Shown here piece after piece: positions 60,117 to 64,000 of a stretch of DNA of 64,000 bases. The stretch comes from Candidatus Latescibacterota bacterium. Lineage in GTDB: Bacteria > Latescibacterota > UBA2968. The position numbers and the translations under genes are program-made. Each line of letters opens with the position of its first letter. Position 1 is the first letter of the stretch. The notes under the pieces were generated by a model. The model was not told the DNA's origin. It made no database searches and worked only from the letters and a program-made list of their open reading frames with translations. The stretch lies in contig OZ242010.1 of NCBI GenBank assembly GCA_965204745.1, forward strand, positions 1,760,001 to 1,824,000, read 5' to 3'.

Positions 60117-60142
60117 CCTTGGCGTGGTAGCATAAGATCAGG
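60079..60142 (+). pseudogene. MazF/PemK toxin remnant
   Basis: MPSPNRGEV*LIDLGVVA then frameshifted KIR; truncated. Confidence 0.6.
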
Positions 60143-60150
60143 CAAAAAAT

Positions 60151-60186
60151 AAAAGCGTACGTGTGGATATCGACACGTACGCTTTT
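60151..60186. terminator. Bidirectional terminator
   Basis: AAAAGCGTACGTGT-N8-ACACGTACGCTTTT between convergent genes. Confidence 0.8.
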
Positions 60187-60290
60187 GTCTTTTGGAGATT
60201 GGGGGTCGCTTGGTTCAGGCTTCATCGGTCAATTCTAACGCTGTTAATTGATCAATTCGGAAAAAGTAAAGCAGGGGAGATGTGTCGATG

Positions 60291-60551
60291 CTACAAGTTT
60301 CTGGCATTGGAGAAATCCCTGACCAGATCTTCTGCGGACAGGTTGATGGCGGATACGCGGTAGGACTTTAGGGCATCCAAAAACAGAACGCGCTCCATGC
60401 CGGCAAAACGCGCTGCCTGACCTGACGAGAGGTGGCCGAGTTCAAACAACTTGACGGCGATGAGCATGCGTCCTGTTTCAGCGAAGTGTTCGGGCGTTTC
60501 GCTGAGGGTTTGCAGAATATCATCTGGGCATTCAAAGGTAATTTGAGGCAT
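60291..60551 (-). CDS. UPF0175-family antitoxin-like protein
   Basis: AVKLFELGHLSSGQAARFAGMERVLFL. Confidence 0.85.
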   Translation of the reverse strand: MPQITFECPDDILQTLSETPEHFAETGRMLIAVKLFELGHLSSGQAARFAGMERVLFLDALKSYRVSAINLSAEDLVRDFSNARNL

Positions 60552-60615
60552 GGCGCGCTCCGTGAAATTTTGGTTGTCCAGCCACCGCAACATGCTGCAA
60601 TTTGTCAACCGCGTA

Positions 60616-62016
60616 TCAAAACATCTCGCGTTGCGTGCCGTCGTACGCATCGTGTTGTCGGCGGCGGCGGGAGATGTGGTCTTCGACCGTGTTGCGGGAG
60701 ATGACTTCGTAGAGAATGGCGTGTTTGCCTTCGCGGCGGCGCAAAATCCGGCCCAGGCGTTGGACGTGTTCGCGGATGGTGGCCGTGCCAGAGAGCACTA
60801 CGGCGACATTGGCCTCGGGCACGTTGACCCCTTCGTTGAGCACGCGAGACGTGACGAGCGCGAGGATGGCGCCGCGGTTAAAGGCTTTGAGGATTTCCCG
60901 GCGTTCTTTTGTGCGCGTCTGGTGCGTGATGGCCGGAATGAGAAATTGTTCCGAGATCGCATAGACGGTCTCGTTGTCATTGGTGAAGATGAGCATGCGG
61001 TCTCGCGGGTGTTTTTTGAGCAGGTCTTCTAACACGCGCAATTTGGCGGCAGTGCCCAAGGCGATCTTGCGATACCGGCGATACGCGAGCATGGCGCGGC
61101 GCCCGTCGCTGGAGCGCGCCGAGAGGCGGACGAAATTTTGCCAGCCCGACGCACTGCCCAAGCGCAGGTTTTTGGATTCGAGAAACGCGCTGAATTGCGA
61201 CCGTGCGGTCTCGTATTCGGCGCGTTCTTCGGCCACCATATCGACTTCGATGCGCTGCGTGTTGTAGTCCGAGAGGTAATCGCCGGACAGGTCGCGGATG
61301 CCCTTTTCGTAAACCGTTGGCCCGATGAGATCGCGCAACATCAGGTGCCGACCATCGGGCCGTTCAAGCGTGGCCGTGAGGCCCAAGCGATAGGGCGCGA
61401 TGCAAAGCTCTGCGCCGTGGGAATAGGATTCCCCGGGCAGGTGGTGAACCTCGTCAAAAACGAGAAAGCCAAACCGGTTGCCGTAGCGATCCATGTTCAT
61501 GTACGCGCTGTCGTACGTGGTCACAGTGAGGTCTTCGAGTTCGTGATAGCCCCCGCCCAAGATACCGACCGCGCAGGAGAAGGCGTCTTTGAGCAGGTCG
61601 TACCACTGGTTCATCAGGTCGATAGTGGGCGCGACAACCATGGTGCTACGATTGACCTCGGCAATGCCCATCAGCGCGAGCAGGGATTTGCCCGAGCCCG
61701 TGGGCAACACCACGACGCCGCGCCGCTCGTTTGACCGCCACGCGTCGAGGGCTTCGGTCTGATGGGGATGGGGCGCGTGTTCGCGCTTGAGGGTGAGCTT
61801 GAGGCGGTTGTAGCGCGGGACGACGTTTTTGATGCCCACCTCTTGTGCGCGGAGTGCTTCGACAATTTGGCGATACCGATGCGCCTGCGCGCGCCAACGC
61901 CCCACGCGGCTATCCCACACAAACGGGGACGGCGGTTCGTACTCTGGCGGCGCGTCCAAGAGAACGAGCGTGCCATCGTCAAATGCGAGGCGAATGTCAG
62001 AAGATAGATCGGACAA
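60616..62016 (-). CDS. SF2 helicase, XPB/Rad25-like
   Basis: LPTGSGKS, DEVHH, GLTAT, VLNEGVNVP, QRLGRILR; start approximate. Confidence 0.9.
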   Translation of the reverse strand: MSDLSSDIRLAFDDGTLVLLDAPPEYEPPSPFVWDSRVGRWRAQAHRYRQIVEALRAQEVGIKNVVPRYNRLKLTLKREHAPHPHQTEALDAWRSNERRGVVVLPTGSGKSLLALMGIAEVNRSTMVVAPTIDLMNQWYDLLKDAFSCAVGILGGGYHELEDLTVTTYDSAYMNMDRYGNRFGFLVFDEVHHLPGESYSHGAELCIAPYRLGLTATLERPDGRHLMLRDLIGPTVYEKGIRDLSGDYLSDYNTQRIEVDMVAEERAEYETARSQFSAFLESKNLRLGSASGWQNFVRLSARSSDGRRAMLAYRRYRKIALGTAAKLRVLEDLLKKHPRDRMLIFTNDNETVYAISEQFLIPAITHQTRTKERREILKAFNRGAILALVTSRVLNEGVNVPEANVAVVLSGTATIREHVQRLGRILRRREGKHAILYEVISRNTVEDHISRRRRQHDAYDGTQREMF

Positions 62017-62126
62017 GGTAGGTGTAGTGGAAAGTGGAGAGTGGAGATGCCATCCCCGAAAGAATCGATCTGGGGTTGTATCGCATAACTTGCACTGGTT
62101 GGACACTTCTTGCACTTGGGTTGTTA

Positions 62127-62618
62127 GGTTGTGTTGACATTCACGAGCCATGCAACTGGCTGAGCGGTTTATCGAGAAAATCAAGTTCTATCGCAGAATA
62201 TGCTCTCGGTTTGAGAAACTCGGACAGTCGCTCCTTCAGCTTTCTCGCTTTTGTTGCATCGCATTCACTGCCGTTCCGCAGTTCAAAGAAGGCATCACAA
62301 CAAGTGCCCTCGCAAAACCCCTCCGATCAAGCCATCACGCACAGCGCGCAAGGCCGTCTCGCAACCAACGTCCATCTTGCAACCCACTTTGCAGGCTGGC
62401 ACATGTCGTGCGATTACAAAAGCGCGTTGCGCTGTGCAAGCCCCTCGGCGTTTGAGAGCGGCATTTTTTGCCTACTTTTTTTTGCTGTTGAAAAAAAGTA
62501 GGTCGCCGAAGGCATCGGAGGCAACCAACGAGGCTATAGGACCAAACGCCTTAAATGAGTAAGCAACACATTTGCTAATCTGTGCGTAACGTCAAAAAAA
62601 TAAAATGTCAACACGACC
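62127..62618 (+). mobile_element. IS5-derived MITE carrying a transposase 3' remnant and repeat family B
   Basis: TA-flanked TIRs GGTTGTGTTGACATT / AATGTCAACACGACC; remnant ERFIEKIKFYRRICSRFEKL. Confidence 0.85.
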
Positions 62619-62634
62619 TAATCCCCGTTTTATA

Positions 62635-63264
62635 CTACCGGACGGTCATGCGAATGGCGTGGTCCGCGGCACTGAGATAGGGGTACGACATGCGGAGAAA
62701 GTCGTTGAGCAGGGAGTATATCGTCAGGGTCGAAGTGTCGATCTGGAATTTTTGTTTGAAGAAGGATTTGCGAAACTCTTCGCGGAATGCCGCTTGCACT
62801 TCTTCGATGTCGGATTCGGGCACGATGGGAAAATCGTGCGGGTCGTCTTTCATGCGCTGTTTGATGGCCTCTGGGCTGGCCGTGAGCAGGACCAAAATCA
62901 TGTCCGAGGGCATGTCGCGTTCCCACGCTTGGGGGGTTTCCACCGGGTGCGCGAGGTCCGGATAGTAGTAGCGTTGCCCATAGACCATTTCTTCGATGTG
63001 AAAGCCGGTGAGCAAGACGTGCTGGTATTTGTGGACCAGGCGGACGTGATAGGCGATTTGAAAACGCTGAAAACGCTCTTTGATGGCCGAGGGCAATTCG
63101 GTCATGGCCTTTTGATCCGCGGGATTTTCCAGGGTTTGCTGGTCCGGAATGGAAAAGTGATCGTCCATGTGATGGCGAATCCCGCGATCCATGCCCCATT
63201 GTTGGATGGCCTGAACCAGCGTGGTTTTGCCCGTGTATTCCGTGCCGATAACGATGACGCGCAT
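62635..63264 (-). CDS. P-loop NTPase/kinase-like hypothetical protein
   Basis: VIVIGTEYTGKTT, LLTASPEAIKQR. Confidence 0.7.
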   Translation of the reverse strand: MRVIVIGTEYTGKTTLVQAIQQWGMDRGIRHHMDDHFSIPDQQTLENPADQKAMTELPSAIKERFQRFQIAYHVRLVHKYQHVLLTGFHIEEMVYGQRYYYPDLAHPVETPQAWERDMPSDMILVLLTASPEAIKQRMKDDPHDFPIVPESDIEEVQAAFREEFRKSFFKQKFQIDTSTLTIYSLLNDFLRMSYPYLSAADHAIRMTVR

Positions 63265-63311
63265 GGGAAACTCCTCGTTGAAAAGTGGATGTGGATACGC
63301 TATATTGGCGT

Positions 63312-63509
63312 ATGGCAAACAAAAAAATACAGAAGGTCGTAACGAAGTGCAAGGTCGATGATCAGAAGGGCGATTTTGCCTTCTGGCAAACGCAATCCCA
63401 TCAGGCTCGCATAGATGCTTTGGAAGCCATCCGGCGAGAATACAACAGTTGGAAATATGGCACTGACCCAGGATTTCAAAAAATTTGTCGCGTTGTTAGA
63501 CGAAAATGA
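63312..63509 (+). CDS. Small hypothetical protein (partner of the nucleotidyltransferase)
   Basis: DFAFW......RIDALE.IR. Confidence 0.55.
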   Translation: MANKKIQKVVTKCKVDDQKGDFAFWQTQSHQARIDALEAIRREYNSWKYGTDPGFQKICRVVRRK

Positions 63510-63609
63510 TGAAATTACAGCCCATGTTATTGATTTGTACAACTTAAAGCAAAACAAAAAGGCGACTGGCCGGCCCCAAGATGTGGCAGACCTGTTGAAG
63601 TTGACGTAA
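63457..63609 (+). pseudogene. Internally deleted nucleotidyltransferase-like gene
   Basis: N-terminal QDFKKFVALL joined directly to C-terminal LKQNKKATGRPQDVADL. Confidence 0.6.
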
Positions 63610-63687
63610 AGCGGTCAGCCCGATCCATCCGCGAGAAACCGCCCTGAGTATTGTAGGCATAAGACGAGTACACACAGAGAGGATGCC

Positions 63688-64000
63688 ATGACCCTTTCAG
63701 AACACTATCGAAAAGACGGGTTTTGCGCGGTCTTGGCGCCGGTCATTCCATCCGATGTCGTCGATGCTGCGATTGCGGGCATGGACGCCGTGCGGGCGGG
63801 CGAGTACGATACGGGACGCCCGCCGGAAAACTCGCGTTGGAACCCGGGCGACGATCCCCAAACCCTGTGCAAAATTGAAATGCCCCAACTGGCGAGCCGC
63901 GCGATTATGGATTTGGTCGCGCATCCCGCGCTGGGCAACCTCGCGGCCGAGGTCACGGGGGCGAAAATGGTGCAGGTTTGGTGGGTGCAACTGCTCTACA
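63688..64000 (+). CDS. Phytanoyl-CoA dioxygenase-family protein (runs off the window)
   Basis: GAGAGG RBS; HYRKDGF..., LVAHPAL...AAEVTG, QLLY. Confidence 0.7.
   Translation, partial: MTLSEHYRKDGFCAVLAPVIPSDVVDAAIAGMDAVRAGEYDTGRPPENSRWNPGDDPQTLCKIEMPQLASRAIMDLVAHPALGNLAAEVTGAKMVQVWWVQLLY

Noticed and set aside
1-64000. tRNA, rRNA or prophage
   Set aside because: None recognised by eye; a covariance search was not possible.

Overview
A 64 kb bacterial chromosome segment of moderately high GC. The PhyH dioxygenases, FGE-domain protein and repeat-rich spacers suggest an uncultured, possibly host- or sponge-associated lineage such as Latescibacterota or Gemmatimonadota (inference only). A housekeeping backbone (holB, metG, tatD, rsmA, ilvE, proC, hisH, hisF, proB, recO, valS) is interleaved with: (i) six near-identical SGNH-hydrolase genes behind an SxtJ/DUF5989/carbamoyltransferase cluster, whose variable codons sit beside the catalytic blocks; (ii) four mostly lipoprotein-type PQQ/sorbosone-dehydrogenase-like propeller genes with variable loops; (iii) a complete IS110 whose bridge-RNA guides can be read from the sequence and match its insertion site in a heptamer microsatellite; (iv) an intact IS982 and a TnpB-only IS607-like element; (v) three 'hollowed' IS shells from two unrelated families (IS982, IS5) whose transposase interiors are replaced by genome-resident palindromic repeats; (vi) many 7-mer and 9/10-mer tandem arrays of differing sequence; (vii) a HipA-kinase/HipS-like pair, a two-gene RM+S restriction system and several toxin-antitoxin loci with broken toxins. 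All calls come from motif reading and by-eye alignment; no database searches were run.
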